Assembly: GCA_030688365.1 (NCBI GenBank)
Contig: JAUYIE010000005.1
Coordinates: 5,764 to 69,763, forward strand
DNA: 64,000 nt
Direction of reading: 5' to 3'
Origin: a bacterium
Lineage (GTDB): Bacteria > Patescibacteriota > Patescibacteriia > JACQRZ01
Of the stretch, positions 1 through 10,567 are shown one piece after another. A program made the position numbers and the translations under genes. How positions within the stretch are numbered: the stretch's first letter is position 1; the number at the start of each line of letters is the position of its first letter. Under the pieces are notes generated by a model that ran no database searches, had not been told where the DNA came from, and was given only the letters and a program-made list of their open reading frames with translations.

Positions 1-676
1 GATATACCAGTTTGTGGCACCAACCAACTTCATTATGCCGATTTCCTCTTTCCTCGTATAAATAGTAATGCGGATAGTGTTGTAGACGATGAGCACTGCA
101 ATTGCTAAAAAGAAAATATTTATAATCCATCCCACTTGTTGAATACGCTGTTTGATGTTACTCAACGTGCTGATGACTTTACTCTTATCATCCAAATTTG
201 TTTTTTCAATAATCGGTTCGTATTGTGATTGACTGATAATCTGGGTGATTGCCGGATAGTAATTGATATCTTTGGCCTTGATCAACAAACTCGCAAATAA
301 AGGATTTTCTTCAAACTGGTCAAGAGAATCCGTTACAATCGTATTCCCCTCTTTTTCTTGTTTGGCTCGAAATTTTTCAAATGCGATCTGTTTTGATATA
401 TATACGGCGCTTTCTACATATGAATTTTTTTCTACCGCATTTTTTAACACTAATATATCCGGTTCCGATGCGGTTGTTTTAAAATTAACGGTAATATTGA
501 TGCGATTCTCAACTGCTTGAATGGTCGTGTCCACCAACGCATTGGTAAAAATAAAAAAATTCACGGAAAGAAACGAGAGTGTAATAATGGAAATAGTAAC
601 GATGGAAAGCCAAAAATTGCGCCAAAAGTTTTGAAATGCAAATTTTACGACTCTGTATAGATGAAGGAACATAGAA
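1..676 (-). CDS. ftsX: Cell division ABC transporter permease FtsX; C-terminal part lies beyond the window edge
   Basis: Not in ORF track. Manual minus-strand translation from ATG at 674-676 gives MFLHLYRVVKFAFQNFWRNFWLSIVTISIITLSFL... with a long periplasmic loop, FtsX-like; sits directly downstream of ftsE. Confidence 0.75.
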
Positions 677-678
677 TG

Positions 679-1359
679 TTATAAAATATATTTCCCCGTT
701 TCTTTATCGCCTTTAACTTCACCGTCTTCAATGGTGACAACGCGCTTTTTTAACATATTCACTATATCTCGATTGTGCGTTACAAATAAAAGTGTCGTAC
801 CAAACTCATTGATTTTGGTAAGTAAATCAACAATGCTTTTTGCAGTAATAGTGTCCAGATCCCCCGTAGGTTCATCCGCTATCAATATTTTTGGGCGATG
901 AACGAGCGCGCGCGCAATAGCCACTCTTTGTTGCTCACCACCAGAAAGCTGACGTGGATAGCGATGTACTTTTTCTTCTAACCCTACGATCTTAAGTACT
1001 TGAGGCACGACGGTCTTAATGCGAGAAATGGGAGCGCCACATACCTCCAATGCAAACGCTACATTTTCATGTACTGTTTTTTTAGGAAGTAATTTAAAAT
1101 CTTGAAAAATAACGCCAATTTGACGACGTAATGTCGGTACATCAGCACGGCGAATTTTTGTGATATCCCAATCACCAATCATCACACTTCCCTTTGTAGG
1201 CCGTTCTTCGGCAGTCAGCAGTTTTGCTAATGTTGTTTTGCCGGCACCACTTTGTCCTACAATAAAAATAAACTCTCCTGCTTGTACTTCAAGGTCAATA
1301 TTTTTCAGTGCGGTAAAATCAGGGGGATATATTTTGGAAACACTTGAAAACCGAATCAT
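679..1359 (-). CDS. ftsE: Cell division ATP-binding protein FtsE (ABC ATPase)
   Basis: Walker A GQSGAGKT, ABC signature LSGGEQQRVAIARAL, Walker B ILIADEP; 226 aa. Confidence 0.9.
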   Translation of the reverse strand: MIRFSSVSKIYPPDFTALKNIDLEVQAGEFIFIVGQSGAGKTTLAKLLTAEERPTKGSVMIGDWDITKIRRADVPTLRRQIGVIFQDFKLLPKKTVHENVAFALEVCGAPISRIKTVVPQVLKIVGLEEKVHRYPRQLSGGEQQRVAIARALVHRPKILIADEPTGDLDTITAKSIVDLLTKINEFGTTLLFVTHNRDIVNMLKKRVVTIEDGEVKGDKETGKYIL

Positions 1360-1365
1360 AGAGCA

Positions 1366-2091
1366 TTAAAAAAGTTTTTCTATACGAATATGAATCAATC
1401 CTGCTCGAGGATCTGCTATTTTACTAAATGCAGTTTTTACAAGATCCAAAATGCGAGTTTTGTCAGGATTGTCCCACGTAGATGTAGTGGTGATACCGGT
1501 CACGGCTCCCGTATCCAAATTAGTAACCTTTAAGTGTGTCCCTACAGGATATAAATCAGTCGCACCACCATCAGTATATCTACGATCAGCATACCAACTG
1601 CCCGTACCTTCGTACATAGCATCTGGCTCCGTCATAACCGCAATCTTTGCATACGCAAGATGGATACTGGTTGTCATAACTTTTGTAATACGATTCATGA
1701 TCGATGGTATCATGATCCATTTCTTTTTTCCTCCATCCCAATAATACACGTGTGGACGATAGCCCTTATCATCCCCATAATGTAGTGAAAGTTGCAATGG
1801 GTATGCATTGTTATAAAGATGGTCGTCATCAACATCAAACTGACAAATCGGACTGATTGCTTCTAGTGTCTGTCCATTATCTTCATTATCACGTGGATCA
1901 GAGACGGACGTTATAGCAACATGACCTTGTATTGCTATAGGTACTGACATTTCAAGTATACAGTCCGCACTGGTAATAGAAACATATTCAGGCGCTAAGA
2001 TAGTTTTTTCACTAGCCACGACAGCAGTAAACAAAGATGAAAACATTAGTAGACAGACTATGATAGTGCCCCCTATCCTATAGTTGATCAT
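1366..2091 (-). CDS. Secreted RlpA/3D-like double-psi beta-barrel domain protein (tentative)
   Basis: ORF track extends to 2256, but its N-terminal 55 codons are antisense translation of two tRNA genes (LYQLSYIGMWSGIRESNPC signature); true start taken as ATG at 2091 (MINYRIGGTIIVCLLMF signal/TM). C-terminal region GSWYADRRYTDGGATDLYPVGTHLKVTNLDTG...ILDLVKTAF resembles RlpA/3D-fold proteins. Confidence 0.45.
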   Translation of the reverse strand: MINYRIGGTIIVCLLMFSSLFTAVVASEKTILAPEYVSITSADCILEMSVPIAIQGHVAITSVSDPRDNEDNGQTLEAISPICQFDVDDDHLYNNAYPLQLSLHYGDDKGYRPHVYYWDGGKKKWIMIPSIMNRITKVMTTSIHLAYAKIAVMTEPDAMYEGTGSWYADRRYTDGGATDLYPVGTHLKVTNLDTGAVTGITTTSTWDNPDKTRILDLVKTAFSKIADPRAGLIHIRIEKLF

Positions 2092-2152
2092 TTTAGTAAT
2101 TTGAGTTAATATAATGCGTGTTGTATCTGCGATCCTCGCTTGAGGTCTTGTC

Positions 2153-2226
2153 GCGGGATTAGTTGAATGGTACAACGCGACCTTCCCAAGGTTGAGGCAC
2201 GGGTTCGATTCCCGTATCCCGCTCCA
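2153..2226 (+). tRNA. tRNA-Gly (anticodon CCC), CCA encoded
   Basis: GCGGGAT acceptor pairs ATCCCGC; D-arm GTTG/CAAC; anticodon stem CGACC/GGTTG with loop TTCCCAA; T-arm ACGGG-TTCGATT-CCCGT; terminal CCA. Confidence 0.85.
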
Positions 2227-2229
2227 CAT

Positions 2230-2302
2230 GCCGATGTAGCTCAGTTGGTAGAGCAATGCTTTCGTAAAGCAGAGGTCGTGGGTTCGACTCCCACCATCGG
2301 CT
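2230..2302 (+). tRNA. tRNA-Thr (anticodon CGT)
   Basis: GCCGATG acceptor pairs CATCGGC; D-arm GCTC-AGTTGGTA-GAGC; anticodon loop TTCGTAA; T-arm GTGGG-TTCGACT-CCCAC; 3 nt after tRNA-Gly. Confidence 0.85.
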
Positions 2303-2320
2303 TATCACCAATGTAGTATA

Positions 2321-2824
2321 TCATTCATTATTATTGTGAGCAAAAAAGTAATCCCACCATTTTGCAGGATTGCTTTTTTGTTTTTCCACAGAAACTCCCA
2401 TACTTGACGTAATATCAGCATGCGATGTGATACCGGATGTCGGCGATACCGTATGAAATGATCTGGAATCACTTGATTCTTTTTGGACTGAAGCACCAGT
2501 ATCATTGAGTACGACAACTTCTTCACCAACTTTTTGCATTCCCAATTTCAACCGTGCTTCTTTTTCTGCGAAAAAATCAGTTCCCAAAAATTGGTTAAGT
2601 TCTTGCAACCTATTTTGTGTACTCTGCAAATCGCTCACTTGTTTTTCAAATGTTTTGATGTCACTTTCTGTCTTACTCCGTTTGACCATCACCTGTAGAG
2701 TCTGGTAAGCAAAAAAAATCGATACTACAATCACCACATACAACAATATTTTTGAAGATATCAAATCCATTGGTCGCTGTCCTGATAATCGCATTCCAGA
2801 AAAAAGATGATGAGATGGTTTCAT
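2321..2824 (-). CDS. Septum formation initiator family protein (FtsB/DivIC-like)
   Basis: N-terminal TM helix, coiled coil, motif FFAEKEARLKLGMQKVGEEVVVL typical of FtsB/DivIC; true start may be the internal M (MDLISSK). Confidence 0.5.
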   Translation of the reverse strand: MKPSHHLFSGMRLSGQRPMDLISSKILLYVVIVVSIFFAYQTLQVMVKRSKTESDIKTFEKQVSDLQSTQNRLQELNQFLGTDFFAEKEARLKLGMQKVGEEVVVLNDTGASVQKESSDSRSFHTVSPTSGITSHADITSSMGVSVEKQKSNPAKWWDYFFAHNNNE

Positions 2825-3387
2825 ATATTAAAATGAGAAAACACTTTTGGATCCGTAGGTGGTGATATCGGCGAGGTATGATATGAGCTGACATCGTGTG
2901 AAAATGTAGTATGTTTACCAATAACCTCCATGAGTTCCTTTGGTCTTACAATCTTTTCAATTAAAAAGGGATCTGTAGCTGATTTCAAAATACATTCTAC
3001 ACTCCCAACATTACTTACTGAATTTACCATCCCGCGTCGAATATATCTACTACGAACAATTTCCTTGTATGCTACTTCTCTGACCTCCTTTTTCCAAAAC
3101 CCTTCACGTTGGACCACGATAAGTCGCGCAGTGGTGGTAATACAGACGCTTCCTAGCCATTTAAACACAGCACGCCACCCGGTAAGGCCACACATCGCCA
3201 AAATTACTAAAAAAAAGCCAACACCCCATGGGCCCGCTCGAAAGAGTGGTGTCATAAAGAAAAATAAAATAAGCACAATGACACTATCTATCAAAAAAAA
3301 TCGTATCGTTGAACCCTTTTCGGTACGAAAAATCTGTACCACTTCCTCGTGATCCTCAAGATTTACAGTTTCCCAAAGCGTTATCAT
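2821..3387 (-). CDS. Membrane protein with bacterial PH (YdbT-like) domain, hypothetical
   Basis: Two TM helices followed by a beta-rich domain; weak family assignment. Confidence 0.35.
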   Translation of the reverse strand: MITLWETVNLEDHEEVVQIFRTEKGSTIRFFLIDSVIVLILFFFMTPLFRAGPWGVGFFLVILAMCGLTGWRAVFKWLGSVCITTTARLIVVQREGFWKKEVREVAYKEIVRSRYIRRGMVNSVSNVGSVECILKSATDPFLIEKIVRPKELMEVIGKHTTFSHDVSSYHTSPISPPTDPKVFSHFNI

Positions 3388-3446
3388 ACGAAATACAGTA
3401 TATCACATTCCTTCGTCAATGACATCAACCGCTTGTACATCAATCG

Positions 3447-4130
3447 CTAAGGCAATAACGTATCAATTAATACTTTTTTTGGTCCTTCTAAAACAGTAAA
3501 AAGGAAACGATCAGTTACACTTTTGCGCATTTTAAACTCCTCGAGTGGCATAATGGTATATTTCAAATCTTGATCGATTTCTTGCTCTACTCGCTTGAGT
3601 GTTGAATCCCATAATGTTTTATTAACCGTGCCCACCAATAAGATATCAACAGGTGAATCAAGCAATCCTACAAAAAAGCCAGTTAAAATGCCATATTGCA
3701 CTGTTCCCATTTGATCGATCACCCTGGACAAATCACGTTCAACAATAAGCGGACTCTTTTCAAAGAGTGCTCGCAATTCTTTATATAAAACAAACGTGGG
3801 ATCTACGCGGTAATATTTCTTGGCCTGTTTATCGGCCTTATCCTCGAGAACACTCTCTTTTACCTCAGGTGCTATACCACCGAACAGCAATCGAGACATA
3901 CGATTTGGATCATCAAGATCCTTCATACCTCGCTTGGCTTCCTCTTCAGAAACAGTAATGATTAATCCACAGTCCTCCAGGTTAGTCAATTCTCGACGTA
4001 CCGAGTTGATCTGAGTATCAATCACGCGAGTCAGCTCACGAATATAAAACGCCTGATGTGGGTTGGTTAAAAAAAGTTTCAGTAGCTTTGTTCTTGTACG
4101 TGATCCAAATAATTGTTCAAGCATGTTCAT
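3447..4130 (-). CDS. Putative winged-helix transcriptional regulator (hypothetical)
   Basis: N-terminal wHTH-like region (FYIRELTRVIDTQINSVRRELTNLEDCGLI); remainder uncharacterised. Confidence 0.35.
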   Translation of the reverse strand: MNMLEQLFGSRTRTKLLKLFLTNPHQAFYIRELTRVIDTQINSVRRELTNLEDCGLIITVSEEEAKRGMKDLDDPNRMSRLLFGGIAPEVKESVLEDKADKQAKKYYRVDPTFVLYKELRALFEKSPLIVERDLSRVIDQMGTVQYGILTGFFVGLLDSPVDILLVGTVNKTLWDSTLKRVEQEIDQDLKYTIMPLEEFKMRKSVTDRFLFTVLEGPKKVLIDTLLP

Positions 4131-4233
4131 AGGGTTTGGAAGGAATAATCGTATGGATACAATTAGTATTCATGTCTTTGTTGCAATAAATCGTTCTTAT
4201 AGTATACTGATTCTTGAAATCCGTAAATAGCAC

Positions 4234-6591
4234 ATGCATTGTATGCCCAAAAAAACAAGCATAGCGACAGCCAAAATATCAATTCCAGGGACTCAAAGCG
4301 ATGAGCTCTGTTATCTTTTCTCTCAGCAATTGGATGAACGAGACCCTCATTCTGATACAGTGTTTGGAATTTTTCAAATCCGAGCATCAAGTGAGGCCTA
4401 TCATAGCATAATTGAACACATCGTCAAACACCTCTTAGACTTCTATTATCGTGCTCAAGAAAATAAAGCAACCATGCATAATGAGCAGGCAGTTGGCGCT
4501 TCTGAATTTCTCTTTGAAAATGCCTTGCAATATGTGAATGATCAGGTCGTCAATATGATTGATGAACTACACAATTTTCCACAAGGACATGTGGCGATTG
4601 ACCGAACGCGTATTTCCTTATTGATTGGCGTGATATCAGGCGATGAACTATTTTTAACGAGTGCGGGAAATCTTGTGAAAGCGTATATGCTGTATCCTGT
4701 CAGTCGTAATGGTGTTTTTTCACATTATTCGGCCGTGACAATTTCAGATGATGAAAATCAAGAGCGTTACATTGATGCAAAAAAATTATTTACAAATGTC
4801 ATAGCGGGGACATTTGCCATTCCAGGCAGTACGCTTGTGGTAGCCAATGCACGATTCAATGACTACATACCTGTTGATCAGATCAAGCAAATTGTAACGA
4901 GTTATCCGTTTGATCATATCACGAAATATCTTTATAATTTACTCGGAAAAGCAAACGAAAATGCCGATTTTAATGCATTGTTTTTATCGCTACAGAAATC
5001 CGAGGCAACTGACACTTGGGGTGGTCGTCATCAGACACGATCTGATGATTCCATTAATGGTCTTGTAGAACAACAACGAAATACACAACATATTCTTTCA
5101 CCTGTAATAGCAATGCATATAAAAAAACAGGTGTCTCATTTTGTTGATCAGTATATTATCAAAACAGCCAAAGTTCTTCTTCAGCGCGTTAAGGAAGTTG
5201 ATTACAGAAAACATGCAAAGACAGCGCGAACATGGGGAAAACATGTGTCTATTCACGCCAGAAAAAGTGTCGGCCACTTGAAAAAAAATTACAAAAATCC
5301 ACTGCCCGTTATCAAACATGCAGCATCAGCAGTTTCGTCATCGCAATTTAAGACTTCAGCAATTGTCTTTCTTAAAAAATGGTCAAAGAAGATTTCTCAT
5401 AATTGCATTGAATTTTATTCATCTTTGAAAAAAAATGGCCCACGATACATCATTAGCTGGTTTAAGGGCTTAACGATGCTTTCCAAAAGTCTGTTGGTAT
5501 TGGCGATTATCTTTATTTTTTTATTTACAACGAGCATTATAACCTTACAAAGAAAGCGGGTAAATGAATCAACGCAACATGCGTATTCTCAACAAGTGGT
5601 GAGTATAGAAGAAAAAATTAATCAAGCAGAATCTAGTATGATATTTTCAGATGAGGAACATGCTATTCAGCTGTTGGCCCAAGCGCAGGATGACCTTACA
5701 GGATTGTCCAGGACATCTCCTGATAAGATCAAAACTGCAGATGAATTACAAACTCGTATCACGCGTGCTACGCAAAAGATTAATAAGATATATTCAGTAG
5801 AATCTACGATGGTAGCTAATTTTGATGGTCAAATACCCACACTAGACAACATTTCTATGCTTTCCACTGAAAACAAAACTATTGTCTACAATACTGAAAG
5901 TATTTATCTTTTGTCTTCAAACGACGGCTCTGTTCGTAAAATCAACACACAAGCAAAAATACCTAGCATTGGGTGTGGTGCATTTTTATCTGATGATCTA
6001 GTGTATTTTTGTGGTAAAGAAGGTGATCGTCTCTACGAGTTAAATCTAAAAAATAATGAAACGAAACAAGTAGCTATTTCACTGGCTAAAAACGAATCAT
6101 TACGACACATTACCTTTTATAGTGATCGGCTCTATGTCCTTGATGATACATCTGAGATAATATACCGCCACAGTAAAACAAATAATGGTTTTGGAGATCC
6201 TACAATCTGGTATCGGGGTGCCAACGCCACATCTCTGGCTGATGCGCGACAGATTTTGATTGATGGTGTTGCATATGTATATGAAGTTCCCGCAACACTC
6301 CTTCATATTTCAGGTGGAAAAGTTGTACCATTAGCGCTGACTGGAATTGAGCCGCCCCTTACCTCTATAGACAAATTTTGGATATCTGAAAGATCTACGT
6401 CCTTATATGTGCTTGATAAGACAAATCAACGAATCGTCATTTTTGATAAAAAAACTTTAAAAATAATTGGCCAGCTCACTAGTGATATTTTTTCAGAAGC
6501 AGAGTCCTTCAGTGTATTAGAAACTAAAATGAAAATTTTTGTTTTGACTTCGCATGGTGTTTATAGTATTCCTTTGGATTATCTGAAATAG
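4234..6591 (+). CDS. Large hypothetical membrane protein (cytoplasmic N-domain, central TM, repeat-containing extracytoplasmic C-domain)
   Basis: 785 aa ORF; TM segment LLVLAIIFIFLFTTSIITL; C-terminal YVLD-type repeats suggest a beta-propeller; start uncertain. Confidence 0.45.
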   Translation: MHCMPKKTSIATAKISIPGTQSDELCYLFSQQLDERDPHSDTVFGIFQIRASSEAYHSIIEHIVKHLLDFYYRAQENKATMHNEQAVGASEFLFENALQYVNDQVVNMIDELHNFPQGHVAIDRTRISLLIGVISGDELFLTSAGNLVKAYMLYPVSRNGVFSHYSAVTISDDENQERYIDAKKLFTNVIAGTFAIPGSTLVVANARFNDYIPVDQIKQIVTSYPFDHITKYLYNLLGKANENADFNALFLSLQKSEATDTWGGRHQTRSDDSINGLVEQQRNTQHILSPVIAMHIKKQVSHFVDQYIIKTAKVLLQRVKEVDYRKHAKTARTWGKHVSIHARKSVGHLKKNYKNPLPVIKHAASAVSSSQFKTSAIVFLKKWSKKISHNCIEFYSSLKKNGPRYIISWFKGLTMLSKSLLVLAIIFIFLFTTSIITLQRKRVNESTQHAYSQQVVSIEEKINQAESSMIFSDEEHAIQLLAQAQDDLTGLSRTSPDKIKTADELQTRITRATQKINKIYSVESTMVANFDGQIPTLDNISMLSTENKTIVYNTESIYLLSSNDGSVRKINTQAKIPSIGCGAFLSDDLVYFCGKEGDRLYELNLKNNETKQVAISLAKNESLRHITFYSDRLYVLDDTSEIIYRHSKTNNGFGDPTIWYRGANATSLADARQILIDGVAYVYEVPATLLHISGGKVVPLALTGIEPPLTSIDKFWISERSTSLYVLDKTNQRIVIFDKKTLKIIGQLTSDIFSEAESFSVLETKMKIFVLTSHGVYSIPLDYLK

Positions 6592-6681
6592 TGTTATACA
6601 CAGGGTGTACCAAAAAATTGAAAAATTTGTGATATACTATATACATAAATATAGCTCATTTAATTTTTAAAAAACCATGCA

Positions 6682-7014
6682 ATGCCAATTTTGAAAAGAA
6701 AAAAAATGCGATTGCCCATCACGTCACTGTTCAATGCAGTGTTAATAATGTTTATAATCATTAGGGCTACACTATCAGTAATGGTGCAACCGATAAACAG
6801 TACAACCAATTCTTATCTAAGTATCTTGCTTGCTGGGTATCCCACAACTGGTTTTGTCGCAATGTTAATCATTGCACTGGCTATTATTATGTGGAGTGCG
6901 CACCTTCTTCAAATATTTTGGAATAGATTTTTTGCAGATATGTTTTCACTTCGTGATCTAGAATATCAAGAAGCACTGGCAATCATTTTAATGATCGCCG
7001 TGATCATTCCATAA
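6682..7014 (+). CDS. Small integral membrane protein, hypothetical
   Basis: 110 aa with three predicted TM helices. Confidence 0.35.
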   Translation: MPILKRKKMRLPITSLFNAVLIMFIIIRATLSVMVQPINSTTNSYLSILLAGYPTTGFVAMLIIALAIIMWSAHLLQIFWNRFFADMFSLRDLEYQEALAIILMIAVIIP

Positions 7015-7027
7015 GAGTATAATAAAA

Positions 7028-7062
7028 AAGCCCCATCCAATAACGGAATGTGGGCTTTTTTA
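7028..7062. terminator. Bidirectional intrinsic terminator between convergent genes
   Basis: aaaaaaGCCCC...GGGCtttttt hairpin flanked by an A-run and a T-run, between 6682..7014(+) and rplL(-). Confidence 0.45.
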
Positions 7063-7074
7063 TTATCTGTGTAC

Positions 7075-7518
7075 TTATTGTAATGTAACTTTTGCGCCTG
7101 CCTCTTCCAATTTTTTCTTCATTTCTTCAGCTTCTGCTTTAGCAACACCTTCCTTTACTACTTTTGGTGCTGCATCAACGAGATCTTTTGCTTCCTTCAA
7201 TCCTAGTGCAGTAATTTCACGGACAACTTTGATAACTGCAATCTTTGTAGCACCTGAATCCGTGATCTCAATGTCAAACGCTGTTTTTTCTTCAGCGGCT
7301 GCGTCTCCTGCACCACCATTTCCTGGCATTGCTGCCATTGCCATCATTGGTGCTGATGCTGATACCCCAAACTTTTCTTCTAACACTTTTACCAATTCTG
7401 CCAAGTCAAGAACTGAAAGTTTTTCAATACTTGAAACAATATCCTTAAACTTCGCAGGTACCTCCACACCTTTTTTTTCTTCATTGATTGTTTCGTCTGC
7501 CATATAATTATTGTTCAT
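7075..7518 (-). CDS. rplL: 50S ribosomal protein L7/L12
   Basis: [14 protein letters not shown], Ala/Gly-rich hinge, C-terminal [37 protein letters not shown]; alternative start at 7503 (MADETINEE). Confidence 0.9.
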   Translation of the reverse strand: MNNNYMADETINEEKKGVEVPAKFKDIVSSIEKLSVLDLAELVKVLEEKFGVSASAPMMAMAAMPGNGGAGDAAAEEKTAFDIEITDSGATKIAVIKVVREITALGLKEAKDLVDAAPKVVKEGVAKAEAEEMKKKLEEAGAKVTLQ

Positions 7519-7526
7519 TAAAAATC

Positions 7527-8069
7527 TTACACGTTGGTCTTTTCACTCATTGCATGAAGCACAGTGACCAGACCTCTTAGATTACCCGCTAGTACATTGA
7601 CTATGCCAGAAACTGGCGCATTGAGTGAGCCCACAAGCTTAGCAAGTAGCTCTTCTCGTGAAGGAAGCGTTGCGAGCTGATTCAATGATAAAGTATCAAG
7701 CAAACGATTACCTGGTGCTTCTGACATCATCAAACCCGCTTTCATGCTAAATCCCTCATGATCTTTTGCAAATCGCGTAAAAAGCTTTGCAGGTGCTATT
7801 TCATCCTCCATACTAAACGTCGCCGCAATCTCTCCTTCAATCGTACGCGGAGTGACTTCAGTGATCCCTGCATCTTCCAGCGCCTTTGCCAAAAGTGTTT
7901 TTTTGGCGACCAGACAACGAATACCTGCTTGGTCACATTGTGTACGCAGATCATTAGCAGATTTCACGGTCAGTCCTTGCATATCCACAAAGACAATTGA
8001 CTTGCTTTGAGGAATATAGTCATTGATACGAGCGAGTATGGCTTTCTTTTTCTCTCTGGTTGTTGCCAT
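7527..8069 (-). CDS. rplJ: 50S ribosomal protein L10
   Basis: [35 protein letters not shown]... L10 family; start set at ATG 8069; the ORF-track N-terminal extension is the leader. Confidence 0.88.
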   Translation of the reverse strand: MATTREKKKAILARINDYIPQSKSIVFVDMQGLTVKSANDLRTQCDQAGIRCLVAKKTLLAKALEDAGITEVTPRTIEGEIAATFSMEDEIAPAKLFTRFAKDHEGFSMKAGLMMSEAPGNRLLDTLSLNQLATLPSREELLAKLVGSLNAPVSGIVNVLAGNLRGLVTVLHAMSEKTNV

Positions 8070-8183
8070 ACGACTGTATATAATTAAAAAAACTGTGGTA
8101 CGACCACAGAAAGCTCTCCCACTCGGGAGAAAGAGTATATACCCTACTATCGGCATTATTAAGTCCTGCTTCGGGCAAGACAC
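8070..8183 (-). promoter_or_regulatory. Structured 5' leader of rplJ-rplL (candidate L10 autoregulatory leader)
   Basis: Hairpins CTGTGGTACGACCACAG and CTCTCCCACTCGGGAGAAAGAG immediately upstream of the rplJ start. Confidence 0.4.
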
Positions 8184-8251
8184 CTATAGTCTTTGGATCG
8201 TGAAATCAATATACAGCGATTTTAAAATAATGTCAAATCGTTCCAATATAA

Positions 8252-8280
8252 TATAAAAGCCCCTAAATATTCGGGGCGAT
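8252..8280 (-). terminator. Intrinsic terminator downstream of 8309..8851
   Basis: Minus strand CGCCCCGAATATTTAGGGGC followed by TTTTATATT. Confidence 0.4.
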
Positions 8281-8308
8281 CAATTGATATATTTTTGCGT
8301 ATTTACAC

Positions 8309-8851
8309 TTACTTAATATTTTGGAACTGTTCCCTTAATGACAGTTGATACACCAAAATTTGGCCCATATACGTACTGGACAACCAGGCATGGAGCTCTG
8401 GAGAAATATATTTCATATCCAAAATATCATCATCATGAGCCAGAACTGTAATATGCGTCTCTTCTGATAATGTTTTGATATTCTGTGTCAAACACACCAA
8501 CATATCTGCAAGCCAAGATATCACACGTGATGAGTCTTCATCGGGATAGGTTTGCCTATCATCGCGAAATATCCATTCATTTAAATACGCTTTTTTTATT
8601 TTCAAAGCATTAAGAAATAATGGCAAGACCGATAAAATACCTCGTTCATTGACTGATAGTTTATTATTGGTCATAGGATCTATATTTAGCATAAGGAGTT
8701 TCATATAGTTATATTCTTCAGCCGATGAAATATTTAACATCAAACAAATAAAAGATAATTTTCGGTATCGTAATGCTTTCTTGGTTGCTTTTCTGTCTTG
8801 TATTTTTTTTGATATGAAATCCCCTAGCACATCAAATATATTTATGTTCAT
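8309..8851 (-). CDS. Hypothetical protein
   Basis: 180 aa ORF, no recognisable motif. Confidence 0.35.
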   Translation of the reverse strand: MNINIFDVLGDFISKKIQDRKATKKALRYRKLSFICLMLNISSAEEYNYMKLLMLNIDPMTNNKLSVNERGILSVLPLFLNALKIKKAYLNEWIFRDDRQTYPDEDSSRVISWLADMLVCLTQNIKTLSEETHITVLAHDDDILDMKYISPELHAWLSSTYMGQILVYQLSLREQFQNIK

Positions 8852-8962
8852 TTTTTTCTCCTTTTTTTCTAAATGATAGATCTGTTGGTTGTAAAATAAC
8901 CTACTGTACTTTTACAGTACTCTCGCTGTTTTGTCAATGGATGAGTATTAAATGGTTGAGCA

Positions 8963-9997
8963 TTATGGGGCGATGGATGGCAAATACTTCCTCTTATTTG
9001 CCAAGTGTTCTTCGTATGTTTTGCTATAAATTGCGTTTCCTTGTCTATCAGTCAAAAAATAAAGATACGGTGTTTTTGTATAGTAAATAACCGACTTGAT
9101 GGATGCAAGACCGGGATTATCAATAGGACCTGGTGGTAAACCTGTATGTTTGTAGGTGTTATATGGTGAATCTGATGCAACATCATCAAATGTTGGTTGT
9201 GCCATACTTTTTCCCGTTACGTAATTCACCGTTGCATCGGAGCCCAAAGTCATACCCAGCGCCATGCGTTTATAAAAAATACCCGCTACAATAGCACGAT
9301 CTTCATCTGTAGCTACTTCTTTCTCCACAATCGATGCCAAAGTAATTACATCAAAAATTGTCCGTTTTTGTGCGACAATATCATCACGCATCTGCTGAGT
9401 AAACTTGATATCAAAATTTTCGAGCATGGCGTTTATAATATCATCAGCAGTGGCATCTGGATAAACCCGATACGTATCGGGAAAAAGATATCCCTCCAAC
9501 GTGGCGGTCCTTGGTAGATCAACAAGAAATGGATATTCGTCTTTGGGTACTTGCTGTGTAGCTTGTAAAAAGGTTGCCCCAGCCGGATGCCCTTGTTCTT
9601 TTAAATACTCACCAAACCCTGCACCGGTAAGCCCTTCACGAAATGTCAATGTCACTTCCGGTACGTATTGTGGTTTTGTCATAGTATGTACCACCGATGA
9701 AAGTGTAACCTTACCTGCGAACGAATATGTGCCTGCCTGCAAATGTCCATCGTTACCGGTAATAAAAAGATAAACACCAGCTAAAAACGGATTACTGATG
9801 ATATGATTATCATGAAGAAAAGCCAAGGTTTCAGAACCACGCTGCCCTGGGGGTACGACAACTTCTACTTCATGTTGGATGGAATGTGGTATAAACCAAA
9901 CATACAGCGCATAAACCCCATACAATACTATGATCAAACTTCCGATAGTTAAAAATCGTCTTGCAAAAAAACGAAAAATGGTCATGAAAACAGTCAC
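8963..9997 (-). CDS. mltG: Endolytic murein transglycosylase MltG (YceG family)
   Basis: N-terminal TM; YceG motifs SPYNTYKHTGLPPGPIDNPG and EKEVATDEDRAIVAGIFYKRMALGMTLGSDATV. Confidence 0.85.
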   Translation of the reverse strand: MTVFMTIFRFFARRFLTIGSLIIVLYGVYALYVWFIPHSIQHEVEVVVPPGQRGSETLAFLHDNHIISNPFLAGVYLFITGNDGHLQAGTYSFAGKVTLSSVVHTMTKPQYVPEVTLTFREGLTGAGFGEYLKEQGHPAGATFLQATQQVPKDEYPFLVDLPRTATLEGYLFPDTYRVYPDATADDIINAMLENFDIKFTQQMRDDIVAQKRTIFDVITLASIVEKEVATDEDRAIVAGIFYKRMALGMTLGSDATVNYVTGKSMAQPTFDDVASDSPYNTYKHTGLPPGPIDNPGLASIKSVIYYTKTPYLYFLTDRQGNAIYSKTYEEHLANKRKYLPSIAP

Positions 9998-10003
9998 TAA
10001 TAA

Positions 10004-10567
10004 TCAATGCGCAATCAATCGACGTCCGACAAAATAGACTAGCATACCGCTAAATATACCAACAATCATTCCTCCTACAACATCAGTAGGATAATGCACG
10101 CCCACGTATATACGAGAAATACCGATCAACAACGCGATAATATATGATACAATCCCCCATTTGCGATTATGCAAAAATACAACAGTAGCAAGAGCAAATG
10201 CCACAGTAGTATGATCAGAGGGAAATGATTTATCAAGACCGGATTTTTCAATCAGTAAATGTACTTGTTCGTGTGCAATAAATGGACGATAACGAAAGGC
10301 CAAAAAACCTATCATTGCATTAGTAAATAACGCAAAACCACTCGCAAGTGCACTTTCTAAAATCATTCGTAGGCGATGACCTTTTCCCTTTATCAACGCA
10401 ACAAGTAAGATCATGACAAAGATCGCCATTTCAGCGAGAAATATGCCTACTGAATCCAAAAATGGTGACATACCTGCCAGATTATTGATTGCACGAAAGA
10501 TGATGTAATCCATATAATTTAAACTAAAATAGGGCACGAACATCTTTGACTGTCGCCAAGATGACAA
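10004..10567 (-). CDS. PAP2 family phosphatase (undecaprenyl-diphosphatase-like)
   Basis: PAP2 motifs FRYRPF ... SFPSDHT ... SRIYVGVHYPTDV; polytopic membrane protein. Confidence 0.75.
   Translation of the reverse strand: MSSWRQSKMFVPYFSLNYMDYIIFRAINNLAGMSPFLDSVGIFLAEMAIFVMILLVALIKGKGHRLRMILESALASGFALFTNAMIGFLAFRYRPFIAHEQVHLLIEKSGLDKSFPSDHTTVAFALATVVFLHNRKWGIVSYIIALLIGISRIYVGVHYPTDVVGGMIVGIFSGMLVYFVGRRLIAH

Noticed and set aside
263-520. Plus-strand 85 aa ORF
   Set aside because: Lies antisense inside the ftsX coding region; no motif, no RBS.
1366-2256. ORF-track N-terminal extension MLYQLSYIGMWSGIRESNPCLNLGKVALYH...
   Set aside because: This is antisense translation of tRNA-Gly and tRNA-Thr (characteristic tRNA-antisense peptide); CDS trimmed to start at 2091.
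7229-7507. Plus-strand 92 aa ORF
   Set aside because: Antisense to rplL; Ala/Ser-rich artefact of the complementary Ala/Glu/Lys codons.
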